DNA of 64,000 bases from assembly GCA_963775545.1 (NCBI GenBank), contig CAVZJE010000013.1, positions 313,028 to 377,027 of the forward strand, read 5' to 3'. Below the pieces are notes generated by a model. That model saw nothing but the letters and a program-made list of their open reading frames with translations, was not told where the DNA came from and did no database searches. Every line of letters starts with the position of its first letter. Position 1 is the stretch's first letter. Source of the stretch: an uncultured Alphaproteobacteria bacterium. Lineage in GTDB: Bacteria > Pseudomonadota > Alphaproteobacteria > Rhizobiales > Xanthobacteraceae. The translations under genes and the position numbers were made by a program. Below are positions 19,899 to 29,486 of this stretch, in pieces.

Positions 19899-20501
19899 AT
19901 GGAAGTCATTCTGTTGGAACGCGTCGCCAAGCTCGGTCAGATGGGCGAGGTCGTCCGCGTCAAGGACGGGTTTGCCCGCAATTTCCTGCTCAAGCGCGGC
20001 AAGGCGCTGCGCGCCACCGCGGACAACCGCGCCAAGTTCGATGGCATGAAGGCCGAACTCGAAGCCCGCAACCTGCAGGCCAAGAGTGAAGCCGCCAAGG
20101 TCTCCGAAAAGATCGACGGCCGTAACGTCGTCATTCTTCGCCAGGCTTCCGAAACCGGCCAACTGTTCGGGTCGGTCAGCGTTCGCGACATCATCACCTC
20201 GTTTCAGAACGATGGCGTCAGCATCAACCGCAGCCAGGTCATGCTGGACGCGCCGATCAAGACCATCGGCAAGCATGGGATCGCAATCGCCGTGCATCCG
20301 GAAGTCGAAGTCGGCGTCACCGTCACGGTTGCGCGCAGCGCGGACGAGGCCGAACGCATCAACCGCGGCGAGGATATTTCGACGCGTCGGGAAGATCGGG
20401 ATGCAGCCGCGGAAGCCATCGCTGCCGCCGGCGAATTCTTCGATCCCGAAGCGCTCCCCACCGATCTGGCGCCGCAGCCGAGCCCCGCGCCTGAAGAGTA
20501 A
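19899..20501 (+). CDS. rplI: 50S ribosomal protein L9
   Basis: 200 aa starting [30 protein letters not shown], with an acidic/Pro-rich C-terminal extension. Confidence 0.95.
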   Translation: MEVILLERVAKLGQMGEVVRVKDGFARNFLLKRGKALRATADNRAKFDGMKAELEARNLQAKSEAAKVSEKIDGRNVVILRQASETGQLFGSVSVRDIITSFQNDGVSINRSQVMLDAPIKTIGKHGIAIAVHPEVEVGVTVTVARSADEAERINRGEDISTRREDRDAAAEAIAAAGEFFDPEALPTDLAPQPSPAPEE

Positions 20502-20528
20502 GCCGTCCCTCGACACGCGACGGATGCG

Positions 20529-20561
20529 AAAAGCCCGGCCGTCTGGCCGGGCTTTTATTTT
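20529..20561. terminator. Bidirectional intrinsic terminator between convergent rplI and the 20603 gene
   Basis: AAAAGCCCGGCC gtct GGCCGGGCTTTT followed by ATTTT. The A-run on the left side serves the minus strand. Confidence 0.7.
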
Positions 20562-20602
20562 CGGTGATTACTTGTCGGCCTAAAATGCCGATGCTGCCTC
20601 TG

Positions 20603-21627
20603 CTACCGGGAGATCGGCGGCGCCGGCGGTCCCCCTGCTGCCGGAACCGGCTGCGGGGCCGAAGCGGTCACGGCCGGCGGTTGCGAAGCGGCGGGAGCTG
20701 GCGGCTGAGGCGCGGCAGGCCCAGACGACCCTCCAGAAGCAACGGCGGCCGCAGGCGCGGGTGTTGAAGCGGCGGGCGGTGCAGGCGTCACGGCAGGCAC
20801 CGGATCTCGACGAACCTCGGGTTTGTCGCCCGAAGCGTTTTCCTTTGGCGCCTCGATTTTGGCAGGCTCCGATTTCGCCTCACTGCTAGGTTTGGTTTCG
20901 GCATCGGGCTTGGCGGGCTCCGCATGGCCGATCTCTTCCTTGGGCTCGACCTTCGCCTTGTCGTCGGTGCCTGTTTCAGTCTTGATCGGCTCAGTCTTGG
21001 GCTGCTCAGTCTTGGGCGGCTCGTTGGCCATCGAAGGCTCCTCGGCGCCAGGCTTGCCGAGCTTGCCCCGCTGTTTGGCCGAAGGCCTGCGGCCATCAGG
21101 GCCGCGCTCCGTGGTTGGCTCCGCCGGGACGTTGGCAACGGGCTTTGCCTCGTCCGGCGGCTCGCCGGGACGCGTGAGCCGCTTGCGTCCTTGCCGCGCG
21201 CCTTCAGCCGGGGGCGGTGCATCGTCCGGCCGTGTGGCTTCCTGGGTCGATGTATTTCAACTCCTGCGGCCTTGACGATCGGACGGTTCATTGCCGCCCT
21301 GTTTTTCCTTATCCGCGCCCTGCTTGTCAGCACCCTGCTTGGCCTGTCGGCCATCGCTCGCGCCGTTGGAGATCAGGTAGGTGGCAAGCTGCGAAGCCAT
21401 GTCGCTGCTCGTCGTGTAATGCTCGCGCAGGAAACTCGTCAGCGATCCGGGAGAGACTGTTTTCAACAAACCGCGCGGACTCTGTGGCAAGCGTTGCAGG
21501 TGCCGGCAAAGAGTTGGGAAGCGCTTTTGCCAGCTTCAAGGTTTTGCGCCTGCGCCCACGCGGCCGGGCCCTCGAGACAACTCACCAGAAGCGTGACCGT
21601 CGCAAAAATGCGCGCTCGGCTCGACAT
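20603..21627 (-). pseudogene. Secreted CxxCH-motif protein with a long Lys/Pro/Ala/Glu-rich tail; apparently disrupted by a 1-nt frameshift and one in-frame TGA
   Basis: My translation from ATG 21627 (GGAG and AGGGA upstream) gives MSSRARIFATVTLLVSCLEGPAAWAQAQNLEAGKSASQLFAGTCNACH, then RVRAVC and a stop at 21463. The -1 frame continues as (L)PQSPRGLLKTVSPGSLTSFLREHYTT... (track ORF 21257..21490). A TGA at 21259-21257 is followed in the SAME frame by 218 open codons down to 20603, which includes track ORF 20603..21031. The total span is 1025 nt, i.e. 3n-1. Confidence 0.45.
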
Positions 21628-21905
21628 TCCCTATTCTCCAGATGCGGAAAACGCTTCCAGCGCTCTTTCTCGAAAGGCTGGCGGCGTCACCTTTTAGCCG
21701 ATTATCCCGCGAATGGAAGCGCGCTTGTGACGAAACCGCGTGACCGCGGGCTCTCGGAATATCTGCTTTGTATACAATGCATTAGCGGAGCAGGCCGAAG
21801 CTATTCTCCTAGTTGTCAATTGGCTGCGCAGGAACTATTTTGTTTAGTGCGCTTTTGACTTTTTGTGGGATCGCTCTTTCGGGAATTGCTCGTCCTGGTG
21901 ATTCA

Positions 21906-23156
21906 ATGGAACGTTTGTTGCGTTACTTCCTCCAGCGGTTCATTCGCCGCGGCGCGATAACCTTTACCGCTGCCAACGGAGAAAAATTCGCCTGCGGCGA
22001 CGGAACAGGATCCCCTATCTTCGCCCGCTTCCTGACTACCGACGCCGAACAGAGGGTACTGCGCAACCCGGAACTTGCGCTTGGCGAAATCTACATGGAA
22101 GGCAGTTTTGTCGTCGAAAACGGCTCGATTGCGGATGCACTCGCCATCCTGATGGATCAGCCGGAAGTCCTGCCTCGCTGGGCCAAGCTGCAGTGGTTGT
22201 TGCGGTATCTGGGCCGGCATCTACGCCAGTTCAATTGGCGCGGCCGCGCCAAAAATAACGTCGCCCATCACTACGACCTGGACGGCAGGCTCTATTCGCT
22301 CTTCCTGGACGCCGACAAGCAATATAGCTGCGCCTATTTCGAGCAGCCGGGCATGACGCTTGACGACGCCCAGTTGGCCAAGAAGCGGCATGTCACCGCC
22401 AAACTTTTGGTCCGGCCGGCCGATCGCGTGCTCGACATCGGTTCGGGCTGGGGTGGTCTTGGCCTCTATCTGGCCGAAACAACCGGCGCCAACGTGACCG
22501 GCGTGACGCTGTCGGCCGAGCAATTGCAGGTCTCAAAGGCCCGCGCAGCCGAGAAGAATCTGGCCAGCTCCGCCAGCTTTTTGCTGGAAGACTATCGGGA
22601 CATTCCCGGTCCATTCGATCGCATCGTCTCCGTCGGCATGTTCGAGCATGTCGGCGTCGACTTCTACGACACCTATTTCAAGCGTTGCGCCGAACTGCTG
22701 ACCGATGACGGCGTGATGCTGCTCCACTCGATCGGCCGTTCGGACGGTCCCGACGTCACCAATCCCTGGATCGCGAAGTACATCTTCCCGGGCGGCTACA
22801 TCCCCGCACTCTCCGAGGTCATGCCGTCGATCGAGCGCGCGGGGCTGCTGGTCTGCGACATCGAGATCCTGCGGCTGCACTATGCGGAAACGTTGAAAGC
22901 CTGGCGCGAACGTTTCATGGCGCGCTGGGAGGAAGCGGTTCAGCTCTATGACGAGCGCTTCGCGCGCATGTGGGAATTCTATCTCGCTTGTTCGGAGATG
23001 GCCTTCCGCAAGCAGAACCTGATGAACTTCCAGATTCAGCTTACCAAACGTCAGGGCGTGGTGCCGATGACGCGCGACTATCTGGCTCAGGAAGAAGCCA
23101 GGCTGCGGCGGGCGGAGCTTGGCAAACAGCCGCGCCTTCAGATGGCCGGCGAATAG
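21906..23156 (+). CDS. cfa: Cyclopropane-fatty-acyl-phospholipid synthase family methyltransferase
   Basis: ORF 21813..23156, start taken as MERLLRYFLQRF at 21906. SAM motif VLDIGSGWGGLGLYLA and HYDLDGRLYSLFLDADKQYSCAYF. Confidence 0.85.
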   Translation: MERLLRYFLQRFIRRGAITFTAANGEKFACGDGTGSPIFARFLTTDAEQRVLRNPELALGEIYMEGSFVVENGSIADALAILMDQPEVLPRWAKLQWLLRYLGRHLRQFNWRGRAKNNVAHHYDLDGRLYSLFLDADKQYSCAYFEQPGMTLDDAQLAKKRHVTAKLLVRPADRVLDIGSGWGGLGLYLAETTGANVTGVTLSAEQLQVSKARAAEKNLASSASFLLEDYRDIPGPFDRIVSVGMFEHVGVDFYDTYFKRCAELLTDDGVMLLHSIGRSDGPDVTNPWIAKYIFPGGYIPALSEVMPSIERAGLLVCDIEILRLHYAETLKAWRERFMARWEEAVQLYDERFARMWEFYLACSEMAFRKQNLMNFQIQLTKRQGVVPMTRDYLAQEEARLRRAELGKQPRLQMAGE

Positions 23157-23175
23157 GCCGTCGTTCGCGCTTGCC

Positions 23176-23382
23176 TTAGTTCCGCAGGCTGAAACGAGAG
23201 GCATAGCTGGAATAGGCGATCGCGGGCTGGGCCAGCCGGGCGCGCACTGCGGCGAGTTCAAGCCGGTCTACCGGGCGTGAGCGCCACTCGGCACGAGAAA
23301 ATTTTTCCATCGCCTCGATCAGCCTCGACAGCCACAAGGTCTGGCCTTTCCCGGTTCGCCATGACGGAAGTTGTTGGCTCAT
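23176..23382 (-). CDS. Small hypothetical protein (68 aa)
   Basis: ATG start with AAGGATGG about 8 nt upstream. No recognisable family. Convergent with cfa. Confidence 0.3.
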   Translation of the reverse strand: MSQQLPSWRTGKGQTLWLSRLIEAMEKFSRAEWRSRPVDRLELAAVRARLAQPAIAYSSYASRFSLRN

Positions 23383-23939
23383 AGCGGTTCCATCCTTGTC
23401 AGCCGTTCAAAAGCCCGCCGATCGATAATCCCGATGTCGCCCGCTCGTTCCGAACCGACCATGTGTCCGAAGAAAATTCGTCGTGCTGTGATCTGCTTCA
23501 CAAAAGACTTCTGCGCCCTGCCCTAAATCTCCAGAATGGCTCAGAAAACCGATCGACCGCCGCGCGGCACGCCTTCGGATATCCGAACCGACTATGCCTT
23601 GATTGTGACGGCCGCCGCCGCCGCACTACTCGCGCTGATCTATCTCATCTTTTTCTGACGGCTTTTCGCACCACCGGGCGCCCGACCCTTAATATGGGTG
23701 AGTGTGTGCGCAGGCTAATAAGGTTCACCGGGTTGTGAAGCTTTGTACGCGTCCTGCTTTTCCCGGACGATCACCAAATCGCGTCAAGCGCCAATGCCAC
23801 AGACCTCACCAATTCCCCACCCTCAATTGTGTGAATCGGGCATAAGGCGGTTTGCCGCTTCCGCTTGATGCGAGAGAGGCGCTTTATCGCCACCCCTTGT
23901 CCGCCAAATTCCGCCAAAGTTCCGCGAACACTGAGCCCC

Positions 23940-25442
23940 ATGCCATCGCTTGATTCGAACGTTCTGAAACTCGCCCCCGAAACGGGAACCCCTGCTTTCC
24001 GCAGCGCCCCGCACAATATCGAGGCGGAGCAGAGCCTTTTGGGCGCGATCCTGGTCAACAATGACGCGTTCTACAGGGTTTCGGATTTTCTCGAGGCCAA
24101 GCACTTCCTGGAGCCGATTCATCAGACCATCTTTGAGACCTCCGGCAGTCTGATCCGGATGGGCAAGGTGGCTACTCCGGTCACGCTGAAGACCTTTCTG
24201 CCGGCCGATGTCGACATCGGCGGCATGACGGTCGGTCAATACCTCGCGCGCCTTGCCGCGGAAGCCACCACCATCATCAATGCCCAGGACTATGGGCGCA
24301 CCATCTATGAATTGTCGCTGCGCCGCGATCTGATCCGGATCGGCGAAGACATGGTCAATGTCGCCTTCGACGCGCCGGTCGACTTTGCGCCGCGCGCCCA
24401 GATCGAGGACGCCGAGCGGCGGCTCTACGAACTGGCCGAATCCGGGCGTTACGACGGCGGATTCCAGCGCTTTGCGCAGGCCCTCACGGTCGCCGTCGAC
24501 ATGGCGGCCAAGGCCTTCCAGCGCGACGGCAAACTGTCGGGTATCGCGACGGGCCTGCGCGATCTCGACATCAAGATGGGCGGGTTGCAATCGTCCGACT
24601 TGATCGTCCTGGCGGGCCGCCCCGGCATGGGCAAGACCGCGCTCGCCACCAACATCGCCTACAACGTGGCCAAGGCACATCGCGCCGAAGTTCAGGCCGA
24701 CGGCACCATGAAGTCGGTCAATGGCGGTATCGTCGGCTTCTTCTCCTGCGAAATGTCGGCCGAGCAACTCGCCACACGTATCATCGCCGAACGGACGGGA
24801 ATTCCATCCAGCAGCATTCGCCGCGGCGGCATCACCGAAAACGATTTCGAGAAGATCCGCGACTATTCGATCGAATTGCAGTCGCTGCCATTCTACGTCG
24901 ACGAAACTGGCGGCCTGTCGATCTCACAACTCACAGCGCGGGCGCGCCGGCTCAAGCGGCAAAAGGGTCTCGACGTAATCGTGGTCGACTACATCCAGCT
25001 ACTGCAGGGATCGGGCAAGCGTGGCAACGACAATCGCGTGCAGGAAGTGACCGAGATTACCACGAGCCTGAAAGCGCTCGCCAAGGAGCTCAACGTTCCC
25101 GTGATCGCGCTGTCGCAGTTGTCGCGTCAGGTCGAAAACCGCGACGACAAGCGCCCGCAATTGTCGGACTTGCGCGAATCCGGCTCGATCGAGCAGGACG
25201 CCGACGTCGTGATGTTCGTGTATCGTGAAGAATATTATCTCGCCAACAAGGAGCCGCGCGCGGGTACTCCGGAATATGAAAAGTGGATGCTCGATATGTC
25301 GCTCGTTCACGGCAAGGCCGAGGTCATCATCGGCAAACAGCGCCACGGTCCGACCGGCACCGTTGAACTGCAGTTCGAGGCCAGCCTAACCCGTTTCGGC
25401 GATCTCACTCCCGATAACCATTCGCCGGACCGGACATACTAA
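23940..25442 (+). CDS. dnaB: Replicative DNA helicase DnaB
   Basis: ORF 23865..25442, start taken as MPSLDSNVLK at 23940. Motifs PHNIEAEQSLLGAIL, Walker A GRPGMGKTALA and RESGSIEQDADVV. Confidence 0.95.
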   Translation: MPSLDSNVLKLAPETGTPAFRSAPHNIEAEQSLLGAILVNNDAFYRVSDFLEAKHFLEPIHQTIFETSGSLIRMGKVATPVTLKTFLPADVDIGGMTVGQYLARLAAEATTIINAQDYGRTIYELSLRRDLIRIGEDMVNVAFDAPVDFAPRAQIEDAERRLYELAESGRYDGGFQRFAQALTVAVDMAAKAFQRDGKLSGIATGLRDLDIKMGGLQSSDLIVLAGRPGMGKTALATNIAYNVAKAHRAEVQADGTMKSVNGGIVGFFSCEMSAEQLATRIIAERTGIPSSSIRRGGITENDFEKIRDYSIELQSLPFYVDETGGLSISQLTARARRLKRQKGLDVIVVDYIQLLQGSGKRGNDNRVQEVTEITTSLKALAKELNVPVIALSQLSRQVENRDDKRPQLSDLRESGSIEQDADVVMFVYREEYYLANKEPRAGTPEYEKWMLDMSLVHGKAEVIIGKQRHGPTGTVELQFEASLTRFGDLTPDNHSPDRTY

Positions 25443-25494
25443 AGCGGGACCTCTCTCGGGTTGAACGGCCGCCAGCACGCGCATAAAATACGGC

Positions 25495-26685
25495 ATGAAC
25501 ATCGCCTCCGATCCAAAGTCGCTGCCGGCCGATTCTGTTCTCTCGCCGGAAGCCAACAGGGCGGCGGGACTGGCTGCCGTCAATGGCATTCTGACCATCG
25601 ATCTCGATGCGCTGGTCGCCAATTGGCGCAAGCTCGAGAAGACCGCAGTGCCCGCCGAATGCTCGGCCGTGATCAAGGCCAACGCCTATGGCTGCGGAAC
25701 AGAGCCGGTCGCACAAGCCCTCGCCAAAGCCGGCTGCAATACTTTTTTCGTTGCGACCCCGGACGAAGCGGCGGCGGCGCGGGCTGCGGTGCCTTCAGCC
25801 GCCATTTACGTCCTCAACGGCTTTATCCAAAACTCTGGCGAGGCCTACGCCAAAATTGACGCAAGGCCAGTCATCGGAGACCTCAACGAACTCGCCGAAT
25901 GGGACGTCTTTTGCCGCCGCACCGGCTGGGCAGGCGGCGCGGCCATTCACATTGACACCGGAATGCAGCGGCTCGGCCTCACCGTTGCGGAAGCGCAGGG
26001 CCTCATCCCGAGGATCCACGCCGGCGATCACGGCATATCGCTCGTGATGAGTCATCTGGCCTGCGCCGAAAGCCTTCATCACCCCATGAACGCCCGGCAA
26101 TTGACCGCCTTCCGCGCCATTGCGAGCGAATTTTCCGGCGTGCCCGCGTCACTTTCGAACTCGTCCGGCATCTTCCTGGGAGGCGCCTTTCAGTTCGACA
26201 TGGTGCGGCCGGGCGCGGCCCTCTACGGCGTCAATCCGACGCCGGAAGCCGATAACCCGATGCTGCCGGTCGTCGAGCTCAAAGCCCGCGTCATGCAGAT
26301 CCGCGACGTCGAACGCGGTGAAAGCGTCGGATACGGTGGCAACTGGACCGCCCGGCGGCCAACCCGGCTTGCCGTCGTCGCCGCCGGTTATGCCGACGGC
26401 TATTTCCGTGCCGGCAGCAGCAATGACGGCACGCGCGGCGCCGAAGTGATCGTCGCCGGCAAGCGTTGCCCGGTCGCCGGCCGTATCTCGATGGACCTGA
26501 TGGCCGTTGACGTCACCGATCTCGAAAAAAACGCCGTGCGCCGTGGCCATCTGGTGACGCTGATTGGCGAAGGCATCACGGTTGACGAGTTGGCCCATCA
26601 CTTCGGCACCATCGGCTACGAGGTCCTCACCAGCCTCGGCCGACGTTACGCGCGGGTCTACAAGGGCGAAACTGTCGTCGGTTAG
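25495..26685 (+). CDS. alr: Alanine racemase
   Basis: 396 aa with the PLP-lysine context AVIKANAYGCG, plus VRPGAALYG and YGGNWTA. Confidence 0.9.
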   Translation: MNIASDPKSLPADSVLSPEANRAAGLAAVNGILTIDLDALVANWRKLEKTAVPAECSAVIKANAYGCGTEPVAQALAKAGCNTFFVATPDEAAAARAAVPSAAIYVLNGFIQNSGEAYAKIDARPVIGDLNELAEWDVFCRRTGWAGGAAIHIDTGMQRLGLTVAEAQGLIPRIHAGDHGISLVMSHLACAESLHHPMNARQLTAFRAIASEFSGVPASLSNSSGIFLGGAFQFDMVRPGAALYGVNPTPEADNPMLPVVELKARVMQIRDVERGESVGYGGNWTARRPTRLAVVAAGYADGYFRAGSSNDGTRGAEVIVAGKRCPVAGRISMDLMAVDVTDLEKNAVRRGHLVTLIGEGITVDELAHHFGTIGYEVLTSLGRRYARVYKGETVVG

Positions 26686-26704
26686 CCGTGCCCTCGGACC
26701 GTTG

Positions 26705-26929
26705 TTATTTCATCTGTGCATCAAGAACCCTTTTGCAGGCATCACCGAGCGAGTCGCGCTGCTTGTTGAGACACGCAATGATGCGACCACCACCGGGCGT
26801 AACTCCCGAACAATATTTTTGATAATCGGACTTGCACGCGGTCCTCTGCTCGGAGGTCAGGTTCTGTGCGAAAGCTCCGGTTGAGGAGCCGGCGGCAAGT
26901 GCGACAGCAGCAATGAGAAGCCTGGACAT
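26705..26929 (-). CDS. Small secreted cysteine-rich repeat protein
   Basis: ORF 26705..26944. ATG 26929 has GGGAGG 5 nt upstream. Signal peptide MSRLLIAAVALAAGSSTGAFA, and mature CKSDYQKYCSGVTPGGGRIIACLNKQRDSLGDACKRVL. Confidence 0.6.
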   Translation of the reverse strand: MSRLLIAAVALAAGSSTGAFAQNLTSEQRTACKSDYQKYCSGVTPGGGRIIACLNKQRDSLGDACKRVLDAQMK

Positions 26930-26971
26930 ATAACCTCCCGTCATGACCGATCGACCATAGCTGATCTCCCG

Positions 26972-27742
26972 ATGAAAATCGCGACCTTCAACATCAACAA
27001 TATCAATCGGCGGCTGCCGAACCTATTGACGTGGCTCAAGCGAGCCAAACCCGACATCGTCGCCTTGCAGGAATTGAAAACGGCGGACGGTGGCTTTCCG
27101 CATGCGGCCATCGAGAAGGCCGGCTATGGCGCGGTGTGGCGCGGACAAAAGACATGGAACGGCGTGGCGATCCTGGCGCGAAACGCCGATCCGGTGCTGA
27201 TCCGCAACGCCCTCCCCGGCGACGCGCGCGATACCGAGGCGCGCTATATCGAAGCCGCCGTCAAAGGCATCATCGTGACAAGCCTCTATTTGCCGAACGG
27301 AAATCCGCAGCCAGGACCGAAATTCGATTACAAGCTCGATTGGTTCGAGAGGCTGCGGGCACACGCCGCCAAATTCATCAAGCTGGACGTCCCGGTGGTA
27401 TTGGCCGGCGACTATAACGTCGCGCCGACCGCACTCGATATCTACCCGACCAAGTCCTGGGACAAGGATGCGCTGATCCAGCCGAAGAGCCGCGCCGCAT
27501 TCCAGGCCTTGATGCGACAAGGCTGGACCGATGCGATCCGCACGCTTCACCCTTCCAAGCCGATGTTCAGTTTCTGGGACTACAAACGCAACCGCTGGCC
27601 ACGCGACGCCGGCCTCAGGCTCGATCATCTCCTGCTCAGCCCGGCGCTTGCGCCGCGGTTGAGGAAGGCGGGCGTCGACCGAGTGGTGCGCGGAGAGGAA
27701 GGCGCGAGCGATCATGCGCCCGCGTGGCTAGCGCTAAATTAG
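26972..27742 (+). CDS. xthA: Exodeoxyribonuclease III
   Basis: 256 aa: MKIATFNINNINRRL, LQELK, GDYNVAP, SDHAP. Confidence 0.9.
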   Translation: MKIATFNINNINRRLPNLLTWLKRAKPDIVALQELKTADGGFPHAAIEKAGYGAVWRGQKTWNGVAILARNADPVLIRNALPGDARDTEARYIEAAVKGIIVTSLYLPNGNPQPGPKFDYKLDWFERLRAHAAKFIKLDVPVVLAGDYNVAPTALDIYPTKSWDKDALIQPKSRAAFQALMRQGWTDAIRTLHPSKPMFSFWDYKRNRWPRDAGLRLDHLLLSPALAPRLRKAGVDRVVRGEEGASDHAPAWLALN

Positions 27743-27877
27743 GCGGGGTTCCTCACCAAAGGCCAATCAATCGGCTGGATTCGCTTAGGTTTTGCTTAAT
27801 GAAGCCGGGCTACGATCCCCTGTTATTGCGGCTTTCGTATTGGAATTAAGCGGCTACTTTTATCCCGGCCAAGAAAA

Positions 27878-28915
27878 ATGCTCGTTTGTTATCTCACTGA
27901 TGAGCCGTCCAAGATTCCGGCGATCCGTGCCCTGCTGGAGCCGCATCATCATGTCGTGTCCGGAGTGCTGGGCGACAAGGTGATCTTGGGTTCGGACGGC
28001 GTTCTGATGGTCGATGCCGACCTGCGCGTCATGGCTAGGGTCGAGCAAATCAAGGAAACGTTGAGCTACCTGAAGGCGGCTTCGGAAAAACTCTTCGTCG
28101 TTCAGAAGCACCTTCACCACATGGTCGCCCAAGCCTATGCGTTGGGTGCGACCTCGGTCGTTCGCAGTACCCGCGAAATCAGCCCCAAGCTCGCCCAGAT
28201 CGAGGCTGCGGCAAAAGCCTCGCCAGCAACTGGCGGAACCGTCCGGTCTGAAATAGTCGATTGCGCAAGAGCTTTCGCCTCGATGTTTTCCGCAATCAAC
28301 CACGACCAATCGATCGACCTTTCGGAGGCCGAACGCGCGACCGCACGCGTCATTGCCGGCATCGAGCGCGACGGACTCGGCGCCTGGCTTGACGACGTCC
28401 GGCGCTATCACGAGGGAACCTTCCAGCACTGTCTGCTGGTCACCGGCATCGCGGTAGGCTTTGCGATCGAAATCGGGTTTACCGATCTCGACATCAAGCG
28501 GCTGGGAATGTCGGCGACACTACACGACATCGGCAAGGCTAAAATTCCGCTATCCATTCTCGACAAGCCGGATCGTCTCAATCCAGACGAGGATGCGATC
28601 ATGAAGCGTCATCCGGCGATCGGCCATGAGTTGTTGAAGGATATGCCCGAGGTCAGCGGCGAGATACTCGATGGGGTGCGGCACCATCACGAATATCTCG
28701 ACGGCACTGGTTATCCGGATGGGCTCCAGGCGGGACATATTTCCGATCTCGTGAGATTGCTCACCATCTCGGATATCTTTGCCGCGCTCATTGAATCGCG
28801 GCCGTATAGGCCGCCGATGTCGCGGCAAGACGCCTACAAGATTTTGTGCGATATGGATGGCAAGCTGGAGCTGCCGCTCGTCAAGGCGTTTCGCAACGTC
28901 GCGCTCGTGGCGTGA
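27878..28915 (+). CDS. HD-GYP domain protein (putative c-di-GMP phosphodiesterase) with a receiver-like N-terminal region
   Basis: 345 aa with HDIGKAKIP and HHEYLDGTGYPDGL motifs. The N-terminal ~120 aa has a REC-like alternating pattern but atypical acidic-pocket residues. Confidence 0.8.
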   Translation: MLVCYLTDEPSKIPAIRALLEPHHHVVSGVLGDKVILGSDGVLMVDADLRVMARVEQIKETLSYLKAASEKLFVVQKHLHHMVAQAYALGATSVVRSTREISPKLAQIEAAAKASPATGGTVRSEIVDCARAFASMFSAINHDQSIDLSEAERATARVIAGIERDGLGAWLDDVRRYHEGTFQHCLLVTGIAVGFAIEIGFTDLDIKRLGMSATLHDIGKAKIPLSILDKPDRLNPDEDAIMKRHPAIGHELLKDMPEVSGEILDGVRHHHEYLDGTGYPDGLQAGHISDLVRLLTISDIFAALIESRPYRPPMSRQDAYKILCDMDGKLELPLVKAFRNVALVA

Positions 28916-28952
28916 CGGCGAACGTTCTCCCGGCCATTTCCTCCTTACTTCC

Positions 28953-29486
28953 TTAGATGCGATCCGGAAAGCGGATGATGAAATTGTCGCGGTTCGGCAT
29001 TTTCACCTTCGGCAGGGTTTCCGCGTTCATCGTATCGTTGGCATCGATCAGTTTGTTCTCGGCAAGAATATAGGCGGTGAGCGCGTAGACTTCATCGTCG
29101 CTCAGCGAACGGGGTGCGGTGAACGGCATCGCACGACGGATGAAATCGAAGATCGTCGTGGCGTAGGGCCAGAAATTCTTGATGGTTTTCTGCGACGCCG
29201 AGATACCGCTGATTTTGCGCTCAGCCACGAGTGCGGCTGCAACACCACCCTTGCCGTTGTCGCCATGGCAGGCGGAACATTTTTCGGCAAAAATCACAGC
29301 CCCTTGGGCGGACGTGCCGCTGCCTTTCGGCAATCCGGTCCCGTCGGGCTGGATGCTGATGTCCCAATTGGCGATCGCGGCTTCGTCGAGCGGCTTGCCG
29401 AGATGCGGCGTCTCGGCCAGCGATACGCCGGCGGTCGTTGCAAGCAGCAACGAGGCAGCGAAGAGAATGCGCTTAGGCGTAGACAT
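28953..29486 (-). CDS. c-type cytochrome subunit of sulfite dehydrogenase (SoxD/SorB-like)
   Basis: ORF 28953..29501. Signal peptide MSTPKRILFAASLLLATTAGVSLA, heme motif CSACHG. Overlaps the stop of the upstream molybdoenzyme gene. Confidence 0.75.
   Translation of the reverse strand: MSTPKRILFAASLLLATTAGVSLAETPHLGKPLDEAAIANWDISIQPDGTGLPKGSGTSAQGAVIFAEKCSACHGDNGKGGVAAALVAERKISGISASQKTIKNFWPYATTIFDFIRRAMPFTAPRSLSDDEVYALTAYILAENKLIDANDTMNAETLPKVKMPNRDNFIIRFPDRI

Noticed and set aside
21257-21259. The in-frame TGA in the CxxCH gene as a selenocysteine or programmed read-through site.
   Set aside because: I see no convincing SECIS-like hairpin at the expected short distance downstream. The gene also carries a separate frameshift, and a Sec in a low-complexity linker makes no functional sense. 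Decay or sequence error is more parsimonious.
20788-21697. Alternative-frame ORFs across the low-complexity gene: 20788..21354 (-), 20823..21275 (+), 20924..21697 (+), 21217..21858 (+).
   Set aside because: These are frame-tolerant Pro/Arg/Ser-rich translations of the same GC-rich tract. Only the frame carrying a signal peptide, the CxxCH motif and an SD has gene-like features.
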